64,000 nucleotides of DNA, from the NCBI GenBank assembly GCA_043808585.1, contig JAZDES010000221.1, forward strand, positions 11,380 to 75,379. The letters run 5' to 3'. Each line of letters opens with the position of its first letter. The first letter of the stretch is position 1. Of the stretch, positions 1 to 9,376 are shown piece by piece. Under the pieces are notes generated by a model that was not told the DNA's origin, searched no databases, and worked only from the letters and a program-made list of their open reading frames with translations. A program made the position numbers and the translations under genes. The stretch is from Pseudomonadota bacterium (lineage in GTDB: Bacteria > Desulfobacterota > DSM-4660 > Desulfatiglandales > Desulfatiglandaceae).

Positions 1-344
1 TGTGCAAGTTCGAGGGTGCAGACCGCTTGCTCCAGACCAGAATCTATTACCTTATAGGCTTCGCCTGGTTGAATCAGCCCCAATACAAGGATGGGGGCGA
101 CGATACCCGCCTTTCTAAGCTGTTCACCTTCCTCTGGCAGGGCAACACCCAGACAATTGGCCCCGCTTCCAAGGGCCGAAACGCTCACCTCCACTGCGCC
201 ATGACCATATCCATCGGCCTTTACCACCGCCATCAGATCCCTCTCCTTTCCAATCCTTTTTCTAATTTCGGCGATGTTGTGGGATATGGCCCTGAGATCA
301 ATAAGTGCTAGGGTTGATCTTTGTACATTCCTGTTTGTTTTCAC
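1..344 (-). CDS. alr: alanine racemase, N-terminal part (gene continues past window start)
   Basis: The minus-strand frame is open to the window edge and is missing from the ORF track for that reason. My translation from GTG at 344 reads VKTNRNVQRSTLALIDLRAISHNIAEIRKRIGKERDLMAVVKADGYGHGAVEVSVSAL... The AVVKADGYGHG block is the PLP-lysine motif of alanine racemase. Confidence 0.8.
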   Translation of the reverse strand, partial: MKTNRNVQRSTLALIDLRAISHNIAEIRKRIGKERDLMAVVKADGYGHGAVEVSVSALGSGANCLGVALPEEGEQLRKAGIVAPILVLGLIQPGEAYKVIDSGLEQAVCTLELA

Positions 345-426
345 CTTAGACTAATTGCCCTTTTTGTGTCGTGCACGAAACTAGCCTGTTTTTGTCCCCT
401 TGCAACACTTTGAAACAAAGGCAGAG

Positions 427-645
427 GACCACGAGGGTCTTTTTTCCAAAGGACGTAACCCAAATTCTTCACAGCCGGTGGTACGCCCCCGTAGCTTTAA
501 ATACAGTCTCTGCAAGGCAGGGGAGAGGTTTCTTCATAGGGACATCCTCTTACGGGGCTGTTCCGTGACGAGTTTTAAGACCTCACTGCCGTTCTTTGAA
601 GTGATGCCGTCCTTTACGTCCTTTGGAAAAAAGACCCTCGCGGTC
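427..645. repeat. 219-bp unit bounded by 32-bp inverted repeats (MITE-like element or long-hairpin RNA)
   Basis: 427-458 gaccacgagggtcttttttccaaaggacgtaa is the reverse complement of 614-645 ttacgtcctttggaaaaaagaccctcgcggtc, with one mismatch. A weaker inverted repeat continues outward (ctttgaaaca near 408-417 against tgttttcaaag at 664-674). The unit is intergenic between alr and the NIL-ferredoxin gene. Confidence 0.6.
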
Positions 646-767
646 GGTCATGGGACTCATCACTGTTTTCAAAGCACTAAATTATTACCAAATGGGAAGA
701 TTTCGCAAGAAGCTTTATCCAGGACAGGGGAGAGGTGGCTTGGCGTACATCTTACGGGAAGTTCTCA

Positions 768-1190
768 CTAGACAAGACCCCTGTTGAATTTCACCTTCAT
801 CGCCCTGGCAGGGCAGGCTGAGACGCACAATTCGCAAGCGCTGCAACTATCCCCATCAAAGATGACCTCCATATCAGGTCTTTTTATATGAAGGGCCCCT
901 GTGGGACAAACGGCAGTGCACGCCCCACATTGGAAGCAGGCCTCTTCGTCACGCTTGATATCCTGCCCGATGCTCTCAACCTTGATTCCGAGGCTCTGCA
1001 GATAACGAACACCCTCCTGAAAATTCTTTCGATGCCCGCTTAGCTCCAGGACCATAAGGCCTTCCTTTCTCGGGTAAATGGTGGCCTTGAGAATATTGAA
1101 GGTGAGGTCGAATTTCCTCACAAGATTCACGGTTATTGGCTCATTGACTACCTTTTTTGGAAATCTCAATGAGAGCATCTTCGAATACAT
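768..1190 (-). CDS. NIL-domain / 2x[4Fe-4S] ferredoxin-domain protein
   Basis: The N-terminal half (EPITVNLVRKFDLTFNILKATIYPRKEGLMVLELSG) looks like a NIL domain. The C-terminal half has CFQCGACTAVCP and CSACELCVSACP cluster motifs. An RBS (aggggggat) lies upstream of the ATG at 1190. Confidence 0.75.
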   Translation of the reverse strand: MYSKMLSLRFPKKVVNEPITVNLVRKFDLTFNILKATIYPRKEGLMVLELSGHRKNFQEGVRYLQSLGIKVESIGQDIKRDEEACFQCGACTAVCPTGALHIKRPDMEVIFDGDSCSACELCVSACPARAMKVKFNRGLV

Positions 1191-1228
1191 AGCTCAATCC
1201 CCCCTTTGTGCATTCAGGGTGATGCCTT

Positions 1229-2419
1229 TCACTTGGCGGGCTTCACCTTTTTGATGGCCTTCTCAAATCCGGGCAAGGCCAGGCTAATTACGTCCTCTGA
1301 AACACAGTAGGCGATTCTGAAATGGCCAGGCCCCCCAAAACCGCTGCCCGGTACAGTAAGGATATTTTCCTCCTGAAGAGATGCGACAAACGCCACATCG
1401 TCTTCGATAGGGGTCCTTGGGAAGAGGTAAAAGGCGCCCCCGGGTTTTACAAAATCATACCCGAAGGAGGCCAGTGATCCGCAAAGCATGTCCCTTCTTT
1501 TCTGGTATACCAAGACGTCTACGCTTTCCTCCAGCAGGAAGGGTATCGCCCTCTGCATCAATGCAGGCGCGTTGACATAGCCCAGGACCCTGTTTGATAG
1601 AATCATTCCTGCTACCAGCATCTTCTTGTCCGACATTTCTGGATTTGCGGCCGCGTAGCCGATCCTTTCCCCTGGGAGAGAAAGATCTTTGGAAAAGGAA
1701 GTTACCACAAAGCTCTCCTTATAAAGGTCAAAGATGCTGGGGACAGAAATTCCGTCATATATGATCTTCCTGTAAGGCTCATCCGAGATCAGGTATATGG
1801 GTTCGCCCAATTTCTGGCTGTAATGGGAAAGCAACCGGGCCAGTTCCCTCAGCTCCCCTTCCTGGTAAACCTTACCCGTTGGATTATTTGGGGAATCTAT
1901 AAGGATAGCCCTGGTTCTCTCTGTGACTGCTCCCGAAATGGCGTCAAAGTCAAGGGAGAAATCTCCCTTTGTTGCAACTGGTCTGGGGACCCCCTGATGG
2001 TTATCAAGATAGAAGTCATATTCGACAAAATAGGGTTTTGGGATGACTACCTCATCCCCTGGGTTCAGAATTGTCTTAAGTACGACGTTAAGGGCACCTC
2101 CTGCACCTACTGTCATCACGATATCATCCGGGGTGAAACTGGACCTGTTATATTTATTGAGATAGCCAGCGACCGCCTGCCTGGTTTCTAATAGCCCGGC
2201 ATTGGGCATATAGGCATGCCGACTTGGCGAAGGGTCATTGATGAGATCTTTCAGGACCTCCATGAACCTCGCGGGGGGTGGAAGATCCGGGTTTCCAAGG
2301 CTGAAATCAAAGACATTTTCTGCCCCATACTTTACCCTTCTCAGGTTCCCTTCCTCAAACATCTTTCTGATCCATGAGGACCTCTCAATGGAGGCCTGAA
2401 TTTTCTTGGAAGCAGGCAT
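1229..2419 (-). CDS. PLP-dependent aminotransferase, class I/II (aspartate-aminotransferase-like)
   Basis: It has the SFSKDLSLPGERIGY PLP-lysine motif and NPTGKVY, with family-typical length. The start is moved to the ATG at 2419 (MPASKK...), which has a GGGGGA RBS 7 nt upstream. The ORF track starts 6 codons earlier. Confidence 0.85.
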   Translation of the reverse strand: MPASKKIQASIERSSWIRKMFEEGNLRRVKYGAENVFDFSLGNPDLPPPARFMEVLKDLINDPSPSRHAYMPNAGLLETRQAVAGYLNKYNRSSFTPDDIVMTVGAGGALNVVLKTILNPGDEVVIPKPYFVEYDFYLDNHQGVPRPVATKGDFSLDFDAISGAVTERTRAILIDSPNNPTGKVYQEGELRELARLLSHYSQKLGEPIYLISDEPYRKIIYDGISVPSIFDLYKESFVVTSFSKDLSLPGERIGYAAANPEMSDKKMLVAGMILSNRVLGYVNAPALMQRAIPFLLEESVDVLVYQKRRDMLCGSLASFGYDFVKPGGAFYLFPRTPIEDDVAFVASLQEENILTVPGSGFGGPGHFRIAYCVSEDVISLALPGFEKAIKKVKPAK

Positions 2420-2460
2420 AACCAATCCCCCTTGCATTTATTAGCCTAATAAACTTATCC

Positions 2461-2488
2461 TTTTGTGTAGACTTGTCAACACAAAATC
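2461..2488. promoter_or_regulatory. 8-bp inverted repeat (ttttgtgt-N12-acacaaaa) in divergent promoter region
   Basis: The sequence ttttgtgtagacttgtcaacacaaaa lies between the divergently transcribed aminotransferase and pfk genes. It is a candidate operator only. Confidence 0.25.
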
Positions 2489-2554
2489 GAAGTAAACCCC
2501 GATGTTGCAAAAAAACCGGCGGAGGGGCACATCTCAACACATGCTGGAATCATC

Positions 2555-2583
2555 TTGACAGGGTAGTCCTGTTTCCTTAATTT
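2555..2583 (+). promoter_or_regulatory. candidate sigma-70 promoter for phosphofructokinase gene
   Basis: TTGACA (2555-2560), a 17-nt spacer, then TAATTT (2578-2583), about 35 nt upstream of the ATG at 2619. Confidence 0.3.
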
Positions 2584-2618
2584 AGATGCGCCCTTCAGGA
2601 TTCCAATCATAGCAGGAT

Positions 2619-3803
2619 ATGGATCTTATGAAAAAGAAGACAAAGCGGAAACTTAACATTGCGATCTTGACAGGCGGTGGGGATGTCCCTGGACTTAATC
2701 CTTGCATCAAGGCCCTGGTATACAGGGCGGCAACCGAGGGAATTAATGTTATTGGTATCAGGAGGGGGTGGGCCGGACTGTTGGAGTATGACCCTGATGA
2801 TCCAGGGACATCAGGAAGTTGTTTCCAAAAACTTGAGCCAGCAGAGGTCCGGACTATAGACCGTTACGGCGGCACCTACCTGCATACATCGAGAATAAAC
2901 CCGGCTGCTGCCAAGGAAAGAGACGTCTCCCAGTCCCAGAGAAAGCTCTTCAAGAAGGGAGAATCCGTTAAGGACTTCACCCCCTATGTCCTGAAGAATC
3001 TTGAACTCCTGAAGATTGATGCTGTCATTCCCATAGGCGGGGACGATACACTCAGCTACGCGGAAAGATTACACAGGGAAGGATTCCCGGTTATCGGTAT
3101 CCCGAAGACAATGGACAACGATGTATTCGGGACAGATTACTGCATTGGCTTTTCCACCGCTATTACAAGGGGGGTGAGCCTGATACATTCCCTGAGGACC
3201 TGCGCCGGTTCCCATGAAAGAATTGCAGTCATAGAGCTCTTTGGTCGCAATTGCGGCGAGACCTCTCTGATATCCGCGTACCTGGCGGGAGTGGATAGGG
3301 CGATTATATCTGAAGTGCCCTTTGATCCGGCTAGGCTGGCCGAGCTGGTCATGAAGGATAAAAGGGCTAATCCCAAGAACTATGCAATGATTACGGTCTC
3401 CGAAGGTGCCCGGATGATCGGGGGCGAGATACTGACGTCAGGTGAAAAGGATGCATACGGTCACCTCAAACTCGGAGGGGTAGGGGAAGAGACCGGCGAA
3501 ATTCTCAAGAGGCTGACCGGGGAAGATGTCCTCAATCAAAGGCTATCCTATCTTATGAGGAGCGGTGCACCCGATTCCCTGGATCTCATGGTGGCAGTCA
3601 ATTTTGCCAATATGGCCATTGATCTTTTTCTAAGGTCCATATTTGGTCGCCTCGTTGCCCTGAGCCGGGGAATCTATACGGATATACCCTTGAGTACTAT
3701 AACGACCGGTCAAAAACGGGTAGATGTAAGAGAGCTTTATGACGTGGAAGAATATCGGCCCAAGGTAATGCACGTAAGCGGTAAGCCAATGTTCCTGTAC
3801 TAG
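2619..3803 (+). CDS. 6-phosphofructokinase (PfkA family; GGDD motif suggests PPi-dependent type)
   Basis: Motifs [28 protein letters not shown] and IPKTMDNDV are the PFK-family signature blocks. Confidence 0.85.
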   Translation: MDLMKKKTKRKLNIAILTGGGDVPGLNPCIKALVYRAATEGINVIGIRRGWAGLLEYDPDDPGTSGSCFQKLEPAEVRTIDRYGGTYLHTSRINPAAAKERDVSQSQRKLFKKGESVKDFTPYVLKNLELLKIDAVIPIGGDDTLSYAERLHREGFPVIGIPKTMDNDVFGTDYCIGFSTAITRGVSLIHSLRTCAGSHERIAVIELFGRNCGETSLISAYLAGVDRAIISEVPFDPARLAELVMKDKRANPKNYAMITVSEGARMIGGEILTSGEKDAYGHLKLGGVGEETGEILKRLTGEDVLNQRLSYLMRSGAPDSLDLMVAVNFANMAIDLFLRSIFGRLVALSRGIYTDIPLSTITTGQKRVDVRELYDVEEYRPKVMHVSGKPMFLY

Positions 3804-3874
3804 GCTCCCAACTTCCTTTTGCCCCCATTGTTGGTGCTCAATTTTTCCCCAAGAGAAGTCTCATTGGACATCGG

Positions 3875-3916
3875 TTGACGATTGACCACTGAATATTGAC
3901 TATTGAAAATTGAACT
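3875..3916. repeat. six tandem heptamers TTGAnnA
   Basis: The run reads ttgacga ttgacca ctgaata ttgacta ttgaaaa ttgaact. It is intergenic and sits next to the REP-like palindrome at 3982. Confidence 0.7.
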
Positions 3917-3981
3917 ATATTACTCCTATTTAAACTAAAAAAGACCAGATTGTAACATTTCAATAAATAGTGGTTTGGCCC

Positions 3982-4008
3982 CTGGATTCCCGCCTTCGCG
4001 GGAATGAC
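3982..4008. repeat. REP-like palindrome (ctggattcccgc-cttc-gcgggaatgac)
   Basis: It is the reverse orientation of the gtcattcccgcgaaagcgggaatccag unit also found at 35693, 46033 and 46153. Confidence 0.8.
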
Positions 4009-4079
4009 AAAAAAGGGGGCATTTCGGACTTTTTACGAGATTGTCAATATTCAATTTCCGGTTTATCCGGCTTAGGCAT

Positions 4080-5141
4080 ATGGAACCAAAAAGAAAAACT
4101 ACGCGTCAGATATATGTAGGTGAGGTCCCGATTGGCGGAGGTGCCCCGGTCGTGGTTCAATCCATGACGAACACCGACACCAGAGATATCCCCTCAACAA
4201 TTGATCAGATCAGGAGGCTCTGCGAGGCAGGTTGTGAAATCGTTCGTCTGGCCATACCTGATAAGGCCTCTATTTCTGCCTTTGAGGCCATCAAGTCAAA
4301 GGTTAAGGTCCCATTAATTGCAGATATTCACTTTGATCACCGCCTTGCCATTGAGGCCTTGGGCGCCGGGGCCGATGGACTCAGGATCAATCCCGGGAAT
4401 ATCGGCAGCCGAAAGGCTGTTGAGAAGGTGGTAAAGGAGGCCCTAAGGATGGGCATCCCCATTCGGATTGGGGTCAATGCCGGGTCTCTTGAAAGAGAGA
4501 TCCTGAAAAAACACGGTAGGCCATCGCCAGAGGCGATGGTTGAAAGCGCAATGAAGCAAGTAGAACTCTTTGAGGCCTTGGGATTTGACAAGATAAAGGT
4601 ATCATTGAAATCCTCAAATGTATTAAATACCATAAGGGCATATGAACTCCTGAGCGACAGGATCGATTACCCACTTCACTTGGGTGTAACCGAGGCAGGT
4701 ACCCTCATATCAGGCACGGTAAAAAACACGCTGGGCATTGGGTATTTATTGGCTCATGGAATCGGAGATACCTTCAGGGTCTCACTCACAAGGGACCCCG
4801 TTGAAGAGATAAAGGTTGCATATGAAATCCTGAGGGCATTGGGGCTCAGAGAACGCGGGCCCGAGATCATTGCCTGCCCTACTTGCGGGCGATGTGAAAT
4901 AGACCTTTTCAGTCTTGTTGAAGAGGTAGAAAGGGCCCTGGGGGATATTAAGGCCTCACCAAAGGTGGCAATTATGGGTTGCGTGGTAAATGGCCCGGGT
5001 GAGGCCAGGGAGGCCGATATCGGGGTTGCTGGCGGTCGGGGTCAGGGGATTCTTTTTAAGAAGGGGAAATTAGTAAGGAAGATTCCGGAAGACAAACTTG
5101 CCGAGGTCCTGATTAAAGAGGTTAAGAAGCTGGTCCAGTAA
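4080..5141 (+). CDS. ispG: 4-hydroxy-3-methylbut-2-en-1-yl diphosphate synthase (IspG/GcpE)
   Basis: TRQIYVGEVPIGGGAPVVVQSMTNTDTRD and the C-terminal CPTCGRCEIDL...GCVVNGPGEAREADIG motifs are present. The start is set at the ATG at 4080 (MEPKRK). The ORF-track TTG start at 4041 reads through repeat DNA. Confidence 0.9.
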   Translation: MEPKRKTTRQIYVGEVPIGGGAPVVVQSMTNTDTRDIPSTIDQIRRLCEAGCEIVRLAIPDKASISAFEAIKSKVKVPLIADIHFDHRLAIEALGAGADGLRINPGNIGSRKAVEKVVKEALRMGIPIRIGVNAGSLEREILKKHGRPSPEAMVESAMKQVELFEALGFDKIKVSLKSSNVLNTIRAYELLSDRIDYPLHLGVTEAGTLISGTVKNTLGIGYLLAHGIGDTFRVSLTRDPVEEIKVAYEILRALGLRERGPEIIACPTCGRCEIDLFSLVEEVERALGDIKASPKVAIMGCVVNGPGEAREADIGVAGGRGQGILFKKGKLVRKIPEDKLAEVLIKEVKKLVQ

Positions 5142-5171
5142 TTAATCAAGAGAAAGGGGTTATTGGTTCTG

Positions 5172-6899
5172 ATGCGATATTCCAAGTATTTCCTTCCAAC
5201 CTATAGAGAGATTCCTTCAGAGGCTGAGGTGATCAGCCATCAATTAATGTTAAGGGCAGGTATGATCAGGAAACTGACAGCCGGTATCTATACATATCTC
5301 CCCATAGGCCTAAAGTCCATAAAGAAAGTGGAGAATATTATCAGGGAAGAGATGAACCGTGCCGGTGCCATAGAGCTGTTGATGCCGGCTGTCCAGCCGG
5401 GAGAGCTCTGGCAGGAAAGTGGGAGATGGGAGTATTATGGTCGGGAGCTTTTGAGATTCAAAGACCGGCACTCTCGAGAGGCATGTCTCGGTCCGACGCA
5501 CGAGGAAGTCATCACAGACCTGGTGAGGAGGGAGATCCAATCATACAAACAGATGCCAGTGAACTTCTATCAAATCCAGACCAAGTTCAGGGACGAGATC
5601 CGCCCCCGTTTCGGAGTGATGCGAGCACGTGAGTTTATAATGAAAGACGCTTATAGCTTTGATGTGGACGAAGAGGGTGCAAACCGAAGCTATGGGGCCA
5701 TGTATGAGGCATACAGCAGGATCTTTCAGAGGTGCGGGCTCAGATTCAGGGCCGTGGAGGCAGATACGGGTGCTATTGGCGGGAGTTATTCCCACGAGTT
5801 TATGGTGCTGGCCGAGACAGGCGAAGATCAGATGATCAACTGTACAAGGTGCAGCTATGCGGCCAACCTGGAAAGGGCCGAGATCAGGCAAGGGGAAGAC
5901 CTTACTGAGGCCGATAATGCCCTGATGGAGCCTTTAGAAGAGGTGGATACCCCCGGGATGAGGAGCGTCCAAGAGGTGACATCATTTCTGGGAATTTCTG
6001 AGGACCAGCTCATCAAGACCCTTATCTTAGTGGTTGACGGTCAGGCGGTCGCCGCCCTGGTGAGAGGGGATCATGAGCTGAACGAGGCCAAACTTAAGAA
6101 TGTGCTAGGCGCCCAAATGGTGGAACTGGCAAGCCCTGAAATGGTGGCAGATACCACGGGCGCTCCTATGGGTTTTGCCGGTCCTGTGGGACTCAAGATC
6201 AAGATGGTGGCCGACATTGCAGTTCAAGGCATGAGGAATTTCGTAACCGGGGGAAATAAGAATGACCTCCACCTCATGAACGTAAACATGGGCAGAGACT
6301 TCAGTGTAGATTGTTTTGGCGACCTGCGAACGATAACGCCGAATGACCCCTGTCCAAGGTGTGGGGGGGAGATAGGGTTTGGGAGGGGAATTGAGGTCGG
6401 ACATATTTTCAAATTGGGTACAAAATATAGCAAGGCCCTGAGGGCAGTCTTTCTTGATGAGCAAGGAAAGGAGAGGCCCATTATTATGGGGTGTTACGGC
6501 ATAGGGGTCGGAAGAACCGTAGCAGCGGCCATCGAACAGAATCACGACAAGGATGGCATCATTTTCCCTATCCCCATATCACCATTTGAAGTGACCATAC
6601 TCCCCCTTCAGATGCATGATGGAGCGGTGCTTGAGGCAGCCGAGAAGATCTATAGGGGACTCTTGGAACGCGAGCTCGACGTACTCCTGGATGACAGGGA
6701 TGAAAGGGCAGGGGTAAAGTTCAAGGATGCGGACCTGGTCGGTATACCGGTTAGGGTGACCGTAGGATCAAGGAAGGTCAGGGACGGACAAATGGAGATA
6801 AAGCTCAGATCTCAACGCGAAAGCCTGAATGTGCCCGTTGGAGATGCCACGGGTATCATAGAAGGAAAAGTCAAAGAACTATATGATTCGCTTAAATGA
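5172..6899 (+). CDS. proS: proline--tRNA ligase
   Basis: [35 protein letters not shown] is a near-canonical bacterial ProRS N-terminus. Class II motifs and an INS editing region are present. Confidence 0.92.
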   Translation: MRYSKYFLPTYREIPSEAEVISHQLMLRAGMIRKLTAGIYTYLPIGLKSIKKVENIIREEMNRAGAIELLMPAVQPGELWQESGRWEYYGRELLRFKDRHSREACLGPTHEEVITDLVRREIQSYKQMPVNFYQIQTKFRDEIRPRFGVMRAREFIMKDAYSFDVDEEGANRSYGAMYEAYSRIFQRCGLRFRAVEADTGAIGGSYSHEFMVLAETGEDQMINCTRCSYAANLERAEIRQGEDLTEADNALMEPLEEVDTPGMRSVQEVTSFLGISEDQLIKTLILVVDGQAVAALVRGDHELNEAKLKNVLGAQMVELASPEMVADTTGAPMGFAGPVGLKIKMVADIAVQGMRNFVTGGNKNDLHLMNVNMGRDFSVDCFGDLRTITPNDPCPRCGGEIGFGRGIEVGHIFKLGTKYSKALRAVFLDEQGKERPIIMGCYGIGVGRTVAAAIEQNHDKDGIIFPIPISPFEVTILPLQMHDGAVLEAAEKIYRGLLERELDVLLDDRDERAGVKFKDADLVGIPVRVTVGSRKVRDGQMEIKLRSQRESLNVPVGDATGIIEGKVKELYDSLK

Positions 6900-9024
6900 C
6901 ATTACAGAACAGATTCTCAACTATCACCAAAATGCAAATATCGAGCTGGTTGAAAAGGCCTATGTCTATTCGGCCAAGGCCCACCAGGGCCAGATTCGGC
7001 TTTCTGGAGAACCCTACCTCTCTCACCCGCTGGAAGTTGCATTCATCCTCGCCCAAATGAAGATGGATGTGGTGTGTCTCGTGGCTGGGCTCCTCCATGA
7101 TACCTTAGAGGATACTGATGCGGGGATAGAGGAAATAGCCCGCCTTTTTGGTGAAGAAACCGCCAATATCGTCAATGGGGTCACCAATATCAGCAAGATG
7201 CAGTTTACAAGCCACAAGGAGCGCCAGGCCGAGAATGTCAGGAAAATGATCCTTGCCATGTCCACGGACATTCGAGTCATTCTTGTCAAATTGGCGGATC
7301 GGCTTCACAATATGCGGACGTTGGGTTACCAACCCCCCGAAAAACAGCGGAGAATCGCTGAGGAGACCTTGGAGATCTATGCCCCTTTAGCAGGCAGAAT
7401 GGGGATTTTTTGGATAAAATCCAGGCTGGAAGACCTCTGTCTGTATTATCTCGAGCCCGAGATCTATGAGAAGATAAAGACCGAGATAGCCCAGAGAAGG
7501 GATGAGAGGGAGAAATTTATCCGAGATGTTAAGGAACTCCTCTCCAAGAAACTACTCGAATTCGATATTGAAGCAACCATCAGTGGCAGGCACAAGCACT
7601 TTTACAGTATTTACAAGAAGATGGTAGATCAGAACCTAACGGTCAAGCAGGTCTACGATGTCGTGGCATTCCGAGTAATCTTGAGGAACATAAAAGAATG
7701 TTATGAGGCACTTGGACACATACACTCCATGTGGAAACCGGTCCCTGGGCGTTTTAAGGATTATATCTCTGTTCCAAAGGCGAACATGTACCAGTCACTG
7801 CACACCACCGTAATCGGACCATTAGGACAGAGGATGGAGGTGCAAATCCGGACCTGGGAGATGGACAGGGTTGATGAGGAAGGGATAGCGGCCCACTGGA
7901 AATACAAGGAAGGCGCGTTAGCAAGCAAGGCCGACGAAGAACAGTTCTCGTGGCTCCGCCAACTACTGGAATGGCAGCGAAGCCTCAAGGACCCTGCAGA
8001 ATTCCTGGATAGTGTCAGGATGGACCTATTTCCTGATGAGGTCTATGTCTTTACTCCCAAGGGAGAGGTGAAGGCATTTCCGAAGGGTGCCACCACGATC
8101 GATTTTGCATACAGCGTCCACTCGGAGGTGGGGGAAAAGTGCACGGGAGCCCGGATAAACGGAAGAATGGTCCCCCTGCGATACGAACTAAGGAATGGGG
8201 ATCTCGTAGAGATCATTACCTCCCCAAAACAGCATCCCAGCAGCGATTGGCTCAAATTTGTAAAGACTCCACGGGCAAAGACCAAGATCAGGCACTGGGT
8301 AAAGGCCCAGGAAAGAGAGGAAAGCATTAGCTTGGGTAAGGAAATCTTTGAGAAGACGCTTGCGCAGACGCATCTGAACCTGCCCAATATAATGAAAAAC
8401 GACCAGGTCGCCGCCGTTGCGAAAGAATTCTCCTTTCAATCAGTAGAGGACCTGCTTGCCCAGATAGGCTTTGGCAAGGTTTCTGCAAGGCACGTGGTTG
8501 GGCGCCTCAAACCCATGCTGGGCATAAAGAAGGAAAAACCTCCCGGGATTGTGAGCAAGGTGGTGGGCCGCATAAAGCGGAGAAAGGTGGAGCACGGGAT
8601 AAAGGTAAAAGGGATCAGTGAGATGTTGATTCGTTTCGCCAATTGCTGCCATCCAGTTCCAGGGGAAAAGGTCATCGGGTTCATGACACGGGGCAGGGGT
8701 ATCACGGTCCACCATGAGGAGTGCAGACATATTGTTAACGCAGACCCCGAAAGATTGGTGGAGATCTCGTGGGAGGCCTCCCCGCATGATACCTATCTGG
8801 CGAAACTGAGAGTAACCAGTATTGAGAGGAAGGGCGTCCTCGCAGATGTAAGCACCATTATGACTCAGAAGGATGCCAATATCGTCCACGCAGAAGTCAG
8901 AACGACAATGGACCAGAAAGGCATTGCCCTTTTTACTATCGAGGTGGAGGATTACAAGCAGCTTCAGGATATCATGGGCGCCATTAAAAAGGTAAGGAAC
9001 GTTTTGGTTGTTGAGAGGCTTTGA
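6883..9024 (+). CDS. relA: bifunctional (p)ppGpp synthetase/hydrolase, RelA/SpoT family
   Basis: It has an HD hydrolase domain (LLHDTLEDT), a synthetase block ([14 protein letters not shown]), and TGS and ACT-like C-terminal regions. Confidence 0.92.
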   Translation: MIRLNDITEQILNYHQNANIELVEKAYVYSAKAHQGQIRLSGEPYLSHPLEVAFILAQMKMDVVCLVAGLLHDTLEDTDAGIEEIARLFGEETANIVNGVTNISKMQFTSHKERQAENVRKMILAMSTDIRVILVKLADRLHNMRTLGYQPPEKQRRIAEETLEIYAPLAGRMGIFWIKSRLEDLCLYYLEPEIYEKIKTEIAQRRDEREKFIRDVKELLSKKLLEFDIEATISGRHKHFYSIYKKMVDQNLTVKQVYDVVAFRVILRNIKECYEALGHIHSMWKPVPGRFKDYISVPKANMYQSLHTTVIGPLGQRMEVQIRTWEMDRVDEEGIAAHWKYKEGALASKADEEQFSWLRQLLEWQRSLKDPAEFLDSVRMDLFPDEVYVFTPKGEVKAFPKGATTIDFAYSVHSEVGEKCTGARINGRMVPLRYELRNGDLVEIITSPKQHPSSDWLKFVKTPRAKTKIRHWVKAQEREESISLGKEIFEKTLAQTHLNLPNIMKNDQVAAVAKEFSFQSVEDLLAQIGFGKVSARHVVGRLKPMLGIKKEKPPGIVSKVVGRIKRRKVEHGIKVKGISEMLIRFANCCHPVPGEKVIGFMTRGRGITVHHEECRHIVNADPERLVEISWEASPHDTYLAKLRVTSIERKGVLADVSTIMTQKDANIVHAEVRTTMDQKGIALFTIEVEDYKQLQDIMGAIKKVRNVLVVERL

Positions 9025-9036
9025 AAGATCGAAGGG

Positions 9037-9231
9037 TCAGCGCATGGGCTTCACAACCCGGCCTGATTTGATACAGCTTGTACAGGCCTTTATCCTCTTT
9101 GTCTGACCGTTTTGAACACACCTTACCGTCTGAAGATTTGGGTACCAGCGTTTCTTTGTCTTGTTATGGGCATGGCTCACATTATATCCGACCGTTGGTC
9201 TCTTGCCACATATATCACAAACTTTCGCCAT
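9037..9231 (-). CDS. rpmB: 50S ribosomal protein L28
   Basis: [29 protein letters not shown]... is typical of L28 in both sequence and length. Confidence 0.9.
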   Translation of the reverse strand: MAKVCDICGKRPTVGYNVSHAHNKTKKRWYPNLQTVRCVQNGQTKRIKACTSCIKSGRVVKPMR

Positions 9232-9376
9232 TAGGCTGTCTCCTTCTCAAGCGGATATTTAAACTTTAATATTTAGCTTGTATTGAGAAAAATATCAAGC
9301 ATTTTTTCGAGCGTGTCTGAAAAAGGGAAACCGTGCCCAGGTAAGCTGCCAGTAACCAATACGAAATTCATCAATC

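Noticed and set aside
27-311. 94-aa plus-strand ORF at the window start
   Set aside because: It is antisense to a frame with an unmistakable alanine racemase PLP motif (AVVKADGYGHG). It is a shadow ORF.
371-771. Two overlapping plus-strand ORFs (65 and 123 aa)
   Set aside because: They lie entirely in the inverted- and direct-repeat spacer. They have no RBS and their composition does not look protein-like. The internal similarity is explained by the DNA repeat.
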